Of a stretch of 38,121 nt of DNA, positions 1 through 12,238 are shown one piece after another. This stretch comes from Albugo candida (lineage: Eukaryota). Both the position numbers and the translations under genes were made by a program. Every line of letters starts with the position of its first letter. Position 1 is the first letter of the stretch. The notes beneath the pieces are model-generated. The model was not told where the DNA came from and did not search any database. It worked only from the letters and a program-made list of their open reading frames with translations. The stretch is from assembly GCA_040437565.1 (NCBI GenBank), contig JBDOQK010000002.1, positions 1,054,001-1,092,121 on the forward strand, written 5' to 3'.

Positions 1-416
1 AAGGTCTGGGGTGCCTTTCAAGGAGAAAAAAAGAGTTGATTGATTCGCATGGGTCCAAATCGGCCGACAGCAGTTGACTTTCTTGAACAAGTCTATGATA
101 TTGAAGTGGGAAGATTTTAGGCTGAGCTCAATGGTCCATTGCTAATGCCCCTAAGAAATGGAAGGATGAAAGTGGCATTGCAAAGCTGAATTGGCCACCG
201 AATTCCGCAGGCCTGAACCCAATCCAACATGTGTGGGCGAGAGTCAAAGATCAGGTCCAGAAGTTTCCCATGGCAAAAAAACGAAAAAGAATTGTCGCAT
301 CAAATTCAAGATTTTTGGTCCAAAGTGATGAAGAATAGTTGCAAAGATTAGTCTACACCCTCCATTGCCGAATTTAGGCAGTTTTTGCTTCAAATGGTGG
401 ATCAAGTCGATGGTAG
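1..416 (+). pseudogene. Tc1/mariner DDE transposase C-terminal remnant
   Basis: Translates as VWGAF...(stops)...KLNWPPNSAGLNPIQHVWARVK...RI*AVFASNGGSSRW*, matching the Tc1 motifs WP.NSPDLNPIE.VW and R..AVI...GG.T.Y. Contains stops and frameshifts and runs off the window start. Confidence 0.85.
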
Positions 417-3400
417 CATAACCCATATCTAATATTAATAAAATGTCTACAATCTAATCTATATCAATTATATTTCTGGTAAACACTTCTTCATATGCAT
501 TAGAACGAGTACTGAATGTTTGAGAGGCATTGAGCTAGAGATGGATGTGTAACTGTGGTTGAAAAGCGCTGGGTTGGTTCTAAATAATATAGATAATAAA
601 ATGACAATCTTCTTGGTATTGTACAGTATATGTGATGTTAGAATCTTCAGCATGGCCTTTAGTGTCCAATGTGGTCTAAATCATCAGCACAAAGATTCTC
701 TAGTTTATGCTCATCTAGGCGCGACCCTAGTATGCTTCGGTTAGCGAGATCGCCTACAGGAGAGGGAAAGGCCAGAGTTACTGAATACTGCCGAGCCGAT
801 TAGATTCGGTTTTATCCATTCTAATAAAGAGGATCGTTCACAAGAAGGTGATGTCAGTAAGCTATCTCAGGAGGAGTTGTGAGTGACTGTGAAATTTTTG
901 AAGGAGCAATTATAGAATCAATTCAGAATACCCGTGTGGCTTGTATCAAACATCGAACAAAAATGAGAATTTGCAAGTATTAACTGATGCGATCGGATTC
1001 GAACTTACGGAAGAAGATCAAGTGAGATATTTCGTGGAAGCTAAAATATCTGATAATTTAAGAGGTGTGAAACTCAAGAAAGTCATGGGGACGTTCAGAT
1101 GAGGCGAGAGTATGATGGGAACTTACAAATGGATGGTCTCACCCGCAACTTTATGAACGTCCTGAATGAGCAGTACATGGAAAATGCTGACGAGAATGAG
1201 CCAAAACGTTGCATACATTATCTAGTGAATGCGCTAAGACAACCGATGATGCAAGATTTGCTGAGATCAGAATTATATCGACATGCCAATTGAAGATACA
1301 GAGCGGGTATATCTTGATCTGTGGCTTGGTTGAGGACCCAAGTTATGCGATTCGCTATATTGCGTCGTTCCTTATGTCAATGACATCACATCAGAAGCAG
1401 GAAGTAAACGTAAGGATGTGTCTCACATACCTCATCCTAATGGGGCAAAAAAGGCAACGACGGGAGGACGACACACATATATGAACCCTGGACATATAAA
1501 CGTAGTTAGAAAAGACCGAAAACCTCCATGGAAGAGAAAGCAAAAGAAATCTACACGACAACGAAAATGTCTTCATTGTCGGTAGGTTGACCATACGTTT
1601 TAATGCTGTCCCTACTGTAATTCCGCTAAAGCACAGAAAATATGGCGGAACTACAAACTTTAGTGAAATGCCAAAACAGTCGGTGGAGTAGAAGAAGTCG
1701 GCAGAACTCCGATTTCGAGGCAGGAATTGGAATGAAGAAGATCTCCTTTTTAGCAGACAGACTTCACGGAGTTCTTATTACTCTTTTCAGCAAATTTGTT
1801 GATGGAGTGAAGTGCGCATGGAAACGCCTGAACAAACCGATTAAGTTGATGATTGTCTCTTAAGATATAGATGATATCCGCGAAGAAGCTAATATTCAAC
1901 TCGAATTCACAACTCCAGAAGGGCACCTGCGACCAGAAAATGTCGAATGTATGGTACTACCATGCAAACTGATAAGATGGATGGGGAATGAATTATATGA
2001 GTCCAATAGGATTCTGTCCTCGTCGTCTGTTGGTGGAATCTCGTCGAAAATGTTCTAATTTGCAGTCAGAAGACGACATCATGAGCTCGTTGGAGGCACT
2101 TATGAGTGCAGGCACTGACAAAACTGAATAGGATGTATCATTTGAGGTAAAGAGTGAAAAGCAGCAGTGCTACACTTGCTTTTTCGTATTATGGTGACAC
2201 ACCTAGACAGCGATTCTATGTGATTGTTACACTACGCACCCATCATAGCGATCCAAATNNNNNNNNNNNNNNNNNNNNNNNNNNNNNNNNNNNNNNNNNN
2301 NNNNNNNNNNNNNNNNNNNNNNNNNNNNNNNNNNNNNNNNNNNNNNNNNNNNNNNNNNGTGACACACCTAGACAGCGATTCTATGTGATTGTTACACTAC
2401 GCACCCATCATAGCGATCCAAATCATGACGAATAACAGGTATTGAATCAATTTAAGCTCAATACAGAAGAGACGCGAGCGGCCAGATATCATGCGGATGC
2501 GTAAAAACGTTGGACATTCTACTACAAATATGCACGCTCTGCTTTAGAGTTTTACTGGAAAGAAATCCGCATGTGAATTTGGCTCCTTTATCAGAGAGAG
2601 CTGATGAGGGAGTGGATCCAGTGCGATGTAAGGCACGGCAATATACTTTAGAGCATGGTGAGTTTCTGGAAAAACACACGAAAGGGCTTGATTTACAAAC
2701 GAGTGAAGGCGATGGTGTTCTCTACCCCCAATTGTAAGAAGAATTGGTATGAATCAGTTCCTCATGGCGGTTGACGCACAGTAGGTCAAAGAACGAACGG
2801 AACGTTGATAACGATTGATTTGGGCTGACGGCCCCTAGTCGGGATTATATTTCATTTCTTACCGATTTGGGGTTGCCGCTCCCACGAGAGTATGAATATG
2901 TCGTAGTGAGAGATTTGCTTTTCTGCAAAGAGATATTCGGAAACGAATTATCTAAAGATTAGACTGAATGATCGTTTAGGCTATGAGGACATGGACAAGG
3001 CTTGTTGATCAGAATTCTTGTCCTTTATAAAGACAAGCATTCGAATTGAAACCGAAAGAATATGAATTTTGCATAAAAGAAGCTCTGTTGTGCGAGCGAA
3101 TTGTTTCGGAGGAAGAGGTTAAGAACGAACCTGCCAGAGTCTGCATACCAGCTTACATTCCAGTCCGTCAGCTAGAGAAGAGCTTTGGCAATTGGTTTGT
3201 ATGGTCAACTAAATGCGCAATAGCGTTCCACGGTACAATCACATGAATCGGCCACCCATAAAAGTGCTGGGAAAGGATCATAAAGCCGTAGTTGAACGTA
3301 TAATACGGAGAGCGCTACGCATCTTTTTAACCGAGGTGGGAAGTCGAAGACGCCGCGCTTGCGGGTGTTGAAAAGTCTCTGGCTCAGATGTTTTCGGTTG

Positions 3401-3582
3401 AACAATACGGATTCTACTACTGTAGTAAACGGCTGTACAGATGCATTTTCATTGGATTAAACAGCAGTTATCCAAAGATCCCTTTCCAATAAATGTATCG
3501 TAATTTACAATTTTAAGAGCATCCTACTCAAATGTTCCTTAGTGGCTTATTCACCGGGCCACAACTACACTGATCCATCGCA

Positions 3583-4765
3583 TAGCGTATCCACTCGACG
3601 ATTGGTCTCATCACTTGGATTATACCAACCACAAGTGGCAGATCATTTTATGTGGGAGTAAAAAGCACGGAAAGGAAACATTATTTTCTATCTAATCCAC
3701 GCTCACAACTTTCACGAATCGTCTGGAAACCTCCCGAACCAACCAAGAGTCATTCGATTTCGACACATTGGTCATCACAGGAGAGATCGGAAGCACTGGA
3801 TTCCGAACGAATTCGAACTTTTATGGCTACATCACGGCATCTTCGAAACGTGTATTACCAATTTTCGAGGATTTACAGTTTCGTCTAGCCTTTCGGATGT
3901 TGCCAGTTCGATCTCGTTTCTGCTTCTTAAAGGATATTCAGCCCGACATTATATTGTGCACGCAGACTTCGTGTGGGGCAGTGGAATCCGATCAACATCT
4001 CTTTTTAGAGCGCGATCACACGGCACAGTTATGGAGGGAGTTACTCCCTAGTTGGGATCAGTTTTTCTCCTCTCGACCACNNNNNNNNNNNNNNNNNNNN
4101 NNNNNNNNNNNNNNNNNNNNNNNNNNNNNNNNNNNNNNNNNNNNNNNNNNNNNNNNNNNNNNNNNNNNNNNNNNNNNNNNCGCAACGCAAGGATCATTTG
4201 GTGGATTTTTCAGAAGTCGAAGATCATTGCTGCGGGTACGGCACAGACAAGTCAAAATGCAAGTGCAACTCAGATCCTAGTCCTAGTTGGCTGGTTATAC
4301 TCACCGTAGTGTGGCGCACACCAATTAGACCGAAGAAGAGCATGAAACCATCAACAAAAAATTTCAACTTATTGCGGAAGCGTATGGAATTCTCCCCGAT
4401 GAAGAGAAACGTGAGCGGTACGATCGTGGAGAAGACGTCACCGGCAACCAACAAGAACAGCACCATCCGTTCGGTAGAGGCAATCCTTTCCGAGGCTCAC
4501 ACGTTTTTCAACAAGGCGGACAAACCTTTCATTTCACATTCAATTGATACAACTTTACAGCTTTACAGCATTCACAAAAAGCTGGACACAGTCTCGTATT
4601 AAGGATGCTGATGCTACTACGGTACGGGATTATCAACGAGACGACATCGTATCATCTCTCACAGGTATTTCACGAAACGATTTTTATATGTATAAATGTT
4701 ATTTAAGTTAGCCTAGGCAACTAGAGAAGTCACTTAGTCTAATTCAAGTAATATAGACACCTTCA
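3583..4765 (+). mobile_element. Non-LTR retrotransposon (L1/Tx1-like), copy 1, 5'-truncated, spans a gap
   Basis: ORF2 C-terminus with zf-RVT-like motif LPVRSRF...C...CGAVESDQHLFLE (3768-4280). The 3' UTR is shared with copies at ~14071-14382 and 35946-36090. Flanked by a 14-bp direct repeat. Confidence 0.85.
4329..4547 (+). pseudogene. Captured fragment of a DNAJC3/P58IPK-like J-domain protein (J-domain C-half plus G/F-rich tail, up to the stop codon)
   Basis: Frame absent from the ORF track: TEEEHETINKKFQLIAEAYGILPDEEKRERYDRGEDVTGNQQEQHHPFGRGNPFRGSHVFQQGGQTFHFTFN*. It has the J-domain signature KF..I.EAY..L.D..KR..YD and a DNAJC3-like end (D.GED...NPF...GG.F.F.FN*). Confidence 0.85.
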
Positions 4766-5342
4766 ACTGATCCATCGCAGAGAACAAAGCCTATCCCATT
4801 GTCGCAATATTCAGGGAAGCAATTTTCTTCTGCATCGACCCCGTCATTTTGATTCATATACCGACCATCCAAGTCTCTGTTAGATTTCAACGGGTGGCGG
4901 CAATTGTAGTGGGTGGTCACCGTGGGTCCTAAACAATATAAACCCCTATTGTGTATGCGATGAAAGATATGCGAAAGGATGTATATTTCTTTCTTCAACC
5001 TTGTTTGCCTTGCGCCACGTATGGTTCTATGCCCCAGTGGTCAAGGAAGATCCCAGCAAATAATATTCCGTGAAATCTTCGCGCACAGCACATTCCGCTG
5101 CTTTTAATGATGGTCTGTTACGCTGTTTACCCTATTTGGTGTGTTCAAACAATGTGTTTGCGATAAAGGTACCCATTTACTAACTTCCGAGATCTACGAT
5201 ATAAAAGGGCTCTTGGGACGGATCTCTATTATACCAGTGTACGATGTGCTTGGTCGAACAACTGATTCGTGAGCTTTTACGGTGCGCTGGAGTGCACCTC
5301 AGTGAGTGGCGACTTTAACCGTCTGATTGGTGTCAGGTCCTT

Positions 5343-7696
5343 CTGATATTCCTACCCATTTCAATTCACAGTCGCTTAACTACGATGCGCAATGTTGCAA
5401 CGATCACAGAATGACCAGTATGACTGCACTGCAGCTCAAAGATCGCATTGTGCTACAGTGAGAGTCACTCATCATCTCTTCACTGCAAGATGTTCGTCGA
5501 CGTCAAAGCGCTCACATTGAATGGATTGCTGTGTTTTTCGAAAGTTGACACTATGTCTTGTATACTGATGCCTGGAATCACGAACATGCAAGCTCAGGAC
5601 TAAATGAAATGGTCGAGCTGAATTAACGTCCACTGTATCAAACTGGATCTATGAATTTGGAATCTTTCTAGACTGGAAGCGCTCGAGGTCCATGCTTACA
5701 GACTCAAGTGTTTTACTGACCGTGAATTCAATTTCTGTGAGGATATTTTTTATGGTTTCTCACAATTCCGGGGATCATACTACGGAAAAATTGCTTGGAA
5801 AGCGGTCGCGCGGCACGTGGGAGCGCTCTGAGTTGTGGCGTGGACTGAGCGGCGGATGAGAAAACTCTGCTGCCCTGGTGAAACGATATTGCCTACTATA
5901 CTAGGTGGGGACCAGCTCGTGGCCAACATTGCAAAACGTCAGGTCATCAATATTCCTTAGGGAAATGCAGCAAGTCAGCTAGTTGTTCGAGGCACATTGG
6001 CCCAAGCTCGTGCGCCGCTCAAGATCCTGCCTTCACCAACGAAACAGAGTAGGAACAGTAACCTTGGTAGAGGGCAGTAGTGTACAGTGGCCTGCGTTTT
6101 ATTTTACTAGATTTTCTAACATCTGGATCGAATAGATTTAGAGATCTGAAAGGTTTTTTAGATTGAAGAGATTAAGATTAACAGAACTAATTCTCGACTG
6201 CGGAAGTCACTATCCAATCATACAGTTGGCATGCGAAACAGGTTCGAGCTCATTGATCCTCTATAAACATATTGTATTGGTAGCATATAGTGCATCTCAC
6301 TAAGAACCAGCAACTTTAGCGGCCCTGGAAAAATTGCTAAGGCTTGGCCAAATTTACAAATTACACAGAAAACAAGACTTTGGCAACAAAGGGCATGCTC
6401 TAAGCTTCCCTTCGCAAGTCTCGGATTTTTATTATCTCAACTTTTCATGGAGCAGTAGCGGTGCAAAGTNNNNNNNNNNNNNNNNNNNNNNNNNNNNNNN
6501 NNNNNNNNNNNNNNNNNNNNNNNNNNNNNNNNNNNNNNNNNNNNNNNNNNNNNNNNNNNNNNNNNNNNNCTGATATTCCTACCCATTTCAATTCACAGTC
6601 GCTTAACTACGATGCGCAATGTTGCAACGATCACAGAATGACCAGTATGACTGCACTGCAGCTCAAAGATCGCATTGTGCTACAGTGAGAGTCACTCATC
6701 ATCTCTTCACTGCAAGATGTTCGTCGACGTCAAAGCGCTCACATTGAATGGATTGCTGTGTTTTTCGAAAGTTGACACTATGTCTTGTATACTGATGCCT
6801 GGAATCACGAACATGCAAGCTCAGGACTAAATGAAATGGTCGAGCTGAATTAACGTCCACTGTATCAAACTGGATCTATGAATTTGGAATCTTTCTAGAC
6901 TGGAAGCGCTCGAGGTCCATGCTTACAGACTCAAGTGTTTTACTGACCGTGAATTCAATTTCTGTGAGGATATTTTTTATGGTTTCTCACAATTCCGGGG
7001 ATCATACTACGGAAAAATTGCTTGGAAAGCGGTCGCGCGGCACGTGGGAGCGCTCTGAGTTGTGGCGTGGACTGAGCGGCGGATGAGAAAACTCTGCTGC
7101 CCTGGTGAAACGATATTGCCTACTATACTAGGTGGGGACCAGCTCGTGGCCAACATTGCAAAACGTCAGGTCATCAATATTCCTTAGGGAAATGCAGCAA
7201 GTCAGCTAGTTGTTCGAGGCACATTGGCCCAAGCTCGTGCGCCGCTCAAGATCCTGCCTTCACCAACGAAACAGAGTAGGAACAGTAACCTTGGTAGAGG
7301 GCAGTAGTGTACAGTGGCCTGCGTTTTATTTTACTAGATTTTCTAACATCTGGATCGAATAGATTTAGAGATCTGAAAGGTTTTTTAGATTGAAGAGATT
7401 AAGATTAACAGAACTAATTCTCGACTGCGGAAGTCACTATCCAATCATACAGTTGGCATGCGAAACAGGTTCGAGCTCATTGATCCTCTATAAACATATT
7501 GTATTGGTAGCATATAGTGCATCTCACTAAGAACCAGCAACTTTAGCGGCCCTGGAAAAATTGCTAAGGCTTGGCCAAATTTACAAATTACACAGAAAAC
7601 AAGACTTTGGCAACAAAGGGCATGCTCTAAGCTTCCCTTCGCAAGTCTCGGATTTTTATTATCTCAACTTTTCATGGAGCAGTAGCGGTGCAAAGT
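5343..7696. repeat. 1127-bp apparently exact duplication flanking gap 6470-6569 (5343-6469 = 6570-7696); probable assembly overlap
   Basis: Both copies abut the N run. No differences seen by eye. Confidence 0.85.
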
Positions 7697-7949
7697 CGTC
7701 TGAATTTTGGCATCTTCCTAGTGTTGCAGAAAATTTGGCCGCCTAAACTATTATGTCAAATGTTAGTTTTCGAAGGATAATATTTCGTTTCGAAGGATAA
7801 TATTAGTTTTGCAGGAAACTGTCAATAAAGGTGCTACTTATCTTGTCATAATACCCACATCCATCGAAACAGAACTGGGTACACGTCGGTGGGATTTGTA
7901 CATTTTCACCGCATACTCTGCTTCTTTTCTGGTGAGACCTTTTCGGTAA

Positions 7950-10040
7950 ACATCCATGTATCGCAAAGCTTTTCGTGAGGTTCGACGTATCTCGTCCAGT
8001 AGAACACATGCCAAGGTAGCTGAAACTGTTCCCAGTAAATGTTTTCAAGTGTAATCGCAGTGTTTTCTGGAGTATAGATTAGCGGCTGCCCAAAAGTTTT
8101 CGATGTAGCTGAGCTCGCAGTGAAAATTTGGGTAAAATATTACTTGATGATCAGCGGCAACAATTCGCTCCTCTGTCATTCCTACTTGCGCTTTGAAGTC
8201 TGATTGGTTGGCCATAATTTGTCTGCTGCAGCAGGTTGCGCCATCCACAGGACATATTTTTTATCGCGCGTTCAGGCCACCCCATGTTCCTCCAGCACAA
8301 CTTTCAGTCCCTTTACCTGACCACGGAGCGTTTCATCAGGATGGTATAAGCAGAAACCAAATCCTGAGAGTAACCGTGTCCCACGTTGTTGCACGAATCT
8401 TTGGCTGATTGCTAACACTTGACAACTTCATTGCGCCGGCGCGAAGGGCATCGAGGGCTATTGGATTGTGTCCAGTTGCATTGTCAAAGGAAAAAAGAGC
8501 TTGATAGACGGGAAATTGAGCTTCGAAGATCGGGATAGCCAAGTCACAGACTTGTTTGCACAGTTTCTCTGACGTCTACCATCCGTCATTCTGCGTGCCA
8601 GATTGCATGATGATGCAGGCCGCTGCTTGTAGGTCAGGATGCTGAGCAGCCTTTCCTACATCAAGTGCTAAACATCCTNNNNNNNNNNNNNNNNNNNNNN
8701 NNNNNNNNNNNNNNNNNNNNNNNNNNNNNNNNNNNNNNNNNNNNNNNNNNNNNNNNNNNNNNNNNNNNNNNNNNNNNNATGCAGGCCGCTGCTTGTAGGT
8801 CAGGATGCTGAGCAGCCTTTCCTACATCAAGTGCTAAACATCCTATGATGTTGCAAAGGAAGTCGCTGACGTGATTGAGCCTGCCCTGTCCCTTTTTTCG
8901 TAATGGTTGTTCACCGTCTGGTAACCAAAGACGCTTGAGTCCATCATGAGCGGCAAAAGTACTCTCATCATGAGTTACCAAGATGAGTGGACGAATGCCG
9001 TCAGGGGCGAGGTGATTGCAGTGAACTCATTGTTACCATCGAATTCCTCCTTCCCAACAAAAGTCGGCATCCGCGCCTCAAGGTCGGCCATTCGCTCCAG
9101 GAAGTGTTGCCGGTACGCAAGGACATCCTCCCGCTCATGGCCGTCAATGTATATTCCTTTAGTCACTGTACGGTATTTGATGTCCAGTGAATGGAGCCAG
9201 CGTGTCGCAGTCCTTTCAGAGATTGTGGAAGATGGGGCGTATCTAAGTCCCGGTAGGATGTTCATGTTGACATGTTCTGTCAGAGCTGATACTTCCACCT
9301 TGAACTTGTTCGCTCAAAGATACTCCTGAAACGGTAGAATGCAGTCTCATCCTGTAGGTAGCTTCACCGTTTTCCCGTCTGCGACAAAGGCAATTCTTCA
9401 TCTTCTAGACAGAGTGTTGCCCAAGCACGCAGAGAGCGCGCAAAATAAACATACCTACCAGCACCTTCCGCTATCAGGGTGGTAGCTTCTATTCGCGCAT
9501 ATCCAGACTTCACCAGCTGAAGATAAGAAAGAACTGCAAGTCACCGGTTTTGCTCGGATTTACCAGTCTTTGCTCGGGTGGCAAGTGTGTTAATGGTGGA
9601 TGTCAGCTTCTCCCTGTTCAGACTGCACCATCCTCGTCCTCATCCTCTTTGTCACCCTCATCCGTGACCTCTGCTTCTTGCAAAACTGGTCCTGTAACAG
9701 CAAAGTATTTGGTAAAAAGATTACAGCCAAAAGCAGCCTTCTTCAGTTCGGCTCTTTTCCGTCTTTGAGTTCGGAATGCACCACTTGTATATTGGATTGG
9801 CCTGTTATGGTTTGATCCTGGTAATGGTAGAACTATAACAGCTGCTTGATAGGCTCTTCCGATATTTGCTTCAACAGAGGCGAAGTCGAGATTTTCGTCA
9901 TCATTGCCCTCTGAAACATCCAGGTCTTCTCCAGAACTGCTATCAGTAGACATATGAATGCCTGAGCTGTTATCGGTTTTGGCACGCTTAAGGTCTCTCA
10001 TTTCCCGCATCTGCCTTTTTAACTTTGTTGGGCGAGGCAT
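7950..10040 (-). pseudogene. Frameshifted DDE transposase of the TIR element
   Basis: Fragments in order: MPRPTKLKRQ.., TATRWLHSL..KGIYIDGHEREDVLAYR, VTHDESTF (D1), FSFDNATGH (D2), KGLKVVLEEHG, CCSRQIMANQSDF, YPNFHCELSYIENFW (E). The 3' boundary is approximate. Confidence 0.85.
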
Positions 10041-10142
10041 AATTGTATGATATTTGTCGGAATGCAGGGTGATGGTTGAGGTTTCAAGAGGGTAAGTAGT
10101 TAGTGGCGATGGCTGAGCCTAGGTCAGGGCAAGGACGATTGT

Positions 10143-10232
10143 TTATGATGTACTTTTAGCCAATCAGCAGTGGCAACATTATATTCGTGCCTTATGATGT
10201 ACTTTTAGCCAATAAGCAGCGGCAACATTATA
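10143..10232 (+). repeat. Subterminal 41-bp direct repeat x2 (period 49) containing CCAAT, upstream of the transposase start
   Basis: TTATGATGTACTTTTAGCCAAT[C/A]AGCAG[T/C]GGCAACATTATA at 10143-10183 and 10192-10232, 2 mismatches. Confidence 0.85.
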
Positions 10233-10679
10233 GGGTAATATGATCTTAAAATTGGCCATTCAAAATCAGGGTTTGCTGGTTTTAAGTGTCATGCACCGTA
10301 TATTTGATTCTGTCTTGTGATTGGTTGGGGGAAATGCGTATACTTCGATTCCACAACGCGAAAGTGATGATAATACGCCCGTTGCATAATCAAAATCATT
10401 CAATGATGCCATAGCCAAGATTGGACATTCCATGCGCATGCTTGATCAATCGAACTAGATAAGTACTAGAAGCATTCTCCAAAAAATAATGAAGTGAGAG
10501 TTTCAGTATGCGAATGTTCCGGCCACCAAATCATCTAGACAATTGAGCTGTTCGACCTTGTGTGAATCTAAATGGATCATTAGGGATACCCGTTTGGTTT
10601 TGATGGTATCATAGATATCATACTTCACAAAGATTTGCAGAAGTTGTAAAACGTTCACTAAAAAGGTAGTGGCGTATCA

Positions 10680-11902
10680 TCTCTCAAATCTTATTTGCTG
10701 CTAAATGGACTACTGAAATTGGTAAAAGATCACCAAACCACTCGTCCCAAGCATAGAGTGATAAATTCGCTCGATGATGATACATAACCGTGAAGCATTT
10801 TCTAAAAATCGCTCGAACGATCACAAAAATTGATTTCCGCATGAACGGCTATTTAATATCGCGGAGACTTCACAAAATGTAAGTGACATCGTTTTGCTTG
10901 TATCAACATGTAGGAACGCAAGGAAAAGATAGCTTGGAGAGGAGGGAATGAAGTTTGTGATTTATCGGTAGAAGTGACGAGTCAAGGTATTTCAGGAATC
11001 AGTGCGTTGAGACGTAAAACGCCGACAGACACAGAGCATACAGCTGAGAACGAATTCGTCTCCCGCTGCCGAATATATAGTGAATAATAGCAGTCCGGTA
11101 AGCAATCAGAGAGTTTTCGTTAAGAAAAACGGAAGTTTGTGGATATTAAAAAGGCATAGATCGGTAATAGGCACCGCACCGGATCAGCAGGACGCAGAGT
11201 GACCGAAGAAGCTGTGCGTAAAGACAGTGGGAAGATCAGAGAGACCGAGAAACAGATATTAAGAAATATGGAAAAGCAATGAAAAGTGATCAAAGAGGTA
11301 GAGTATGATAGCGAGCGACGACGGAAGTGCTAGAGGTGCTCAAGGACCCGGGAGAAATGGAGTATGGATGGTTCAAGAGCTACGTGCTACACATCAAATG
11401 CGTCTCCAAAGACCAAGGTGGAGGATCAGTTCGTGGGACGTTTTAATTCATTTTTGGTTGCTTGTGGCACCGAAAGAGCCTTCGATATTGACTACGGCCT
11501 GTCTTTTGCTGTAATAGTGTTAGCAAGTGCGGTAAATTAAAGAAGGCGCTTACGTTGCGATCTCGTGTGCCAGCTAGTCGCGCAGAAATACATAAAGCAT
11601 ACGTACAAGCAGATGAGGGGAAGCAATTTTTAGATGAATTTGTAGCACCTAATACATGGTAATTAATGAAAGACTGCTAAGGAAACTTGTTGTGGATAAA
11701 GACGAAAAGCTCGCATTGATGCCTAAGAAATCCCTGTACGGATTGACTTACGCCGGTTATTTATCAAGCGAGTTCTTAAACGCTAAGCTAGTGATTACAA
11801 GCTTCACTCGCAACGTGACCGACATTGGTTTTTTACTTCAACAAGAAAACTCACGAAACAAAAACTGATGACGTTCCCGTTGTCCAATTCTTGCTGACGC
11901 AG
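10680..11902 (+). mobile_element. Decayed Ty1/Copia pol, 5' part (integrase end to RT); start approximate
   Basis: RFNSFLVACGTERAFDIDYGLSFA (~RFKARLVACGNEQ..GVDY..TFA, ~11439), VPASRAEIHKAYVQAD (~HGDVPNAYVKAD), KKSLYGLTYAG (~KKSLYGLKQAG, ~11725). Confidence 0.8.
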
Positions 11903-12136
11903 TGCTGTGGATTAGTAGGGCTCACATTCTTGAAACCCCTGCTCCGATAGTTTCGAAACAGCCCGCCTCGTCGAGACACGATAGTTACGAAACAGCAGGA
12001 TGTACACAGGGGCACAAAGATCATATTAACTTCTTTAATACAGTTCTCAACTTGCCTCCAAGTGAACGGATCCTTCATAAAGTATACTTTTGGTATAGCA
12101 ATCTCAAGTCAAGTACAGCCGGCATCTCATTGCAAC
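11903..12136 (+). repeat. 5' LTR of Gypsy B
   Basis: TG...CA ends. Shares TTAGTAGGGCT.ACATTC.T.AAACCCCTGCTCCG.TAGTT.CGAAA, ACACAGGGGC and CTTGCCT.CAAGTG.ACGG.TCC with 16937-17179. Confidence 0.7.
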
Positions 12137-12238
12137 AAGATGCCGACTTCTGGGATGGTTGATGAAGACGTCGAGATACCGACCGCGTACATCATCACAC
12201 CGGAGCATATCACGGCTCCAAAACTTATTGAATAGAAG

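Larger units (their letters stand above)
3569..4779 (+). repeat. Target-site duplication of LINE copy 1: ACTGATCCATCGCA at 3569-3582 and 4766-4779
   Basis: Exact 14-bp direct repeat read from the sequence. Its first bases overlap the element's 3' end (..TTCAACTG). Confidence 0.85.
1000..5960 (+). mobile_element. Heavily decayed Ty3/Gypsy (chromovirus-like) retrotransposon, element A; interrupted by a LINE; boundaries approximate
   Basis: Ordered remnants: gag (~1100-1290), CCHC knuckle CLHCR*VDHTF*CC (~1568-1610), protease-end LEFTTPEGHLRPENVECMVL (~1900-1960), RT start PVRCKARQY (~2620) and MAVDAQ*VKERTE (~2765), RT end LKPKEYEFCIKEALLCERIVS (3046), integrase Zn finger GGHRG..C..C (~4910-5015), rve TLFGVFKQCVCDKGTH (~5130-5180), VHAYRLKCF (~5690), chromodomain-like LWRGL (~5835). 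Confidence 0.8.
7515..10298 (-). mobile_element. IS630/Tc1/mariner-superfamily DNA transposon, full extent, degenerate
   Basis: Imperfect 26-bp TIRs (7515-7540 TAGTGCATCTCACTAAGAACCAGCAA vs reverse complement of 10273-10298 CGGTGCATGACACTTAAAACCAGCAA, 20/26 identical), each flanked by TA. Internal transposase fragments on the minus strand. Confidence 0.85.

Noticed and set aside
663-842. TG...AATAAA...CA segment resembling a 5' LTR of Gypsy A
   Set aside because: I could not find a matching 3' LTR after the chromodomain remnant (~5965-6190), so it is unsupported.
4198-4602. 134-aa ORF in the track (and antisense ORF 4224-4466)
   Set aside because: Off-frame or antisense reading of the LINE 3' end and the J-protein fragment. 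The meaningful frame is 4329-4547.
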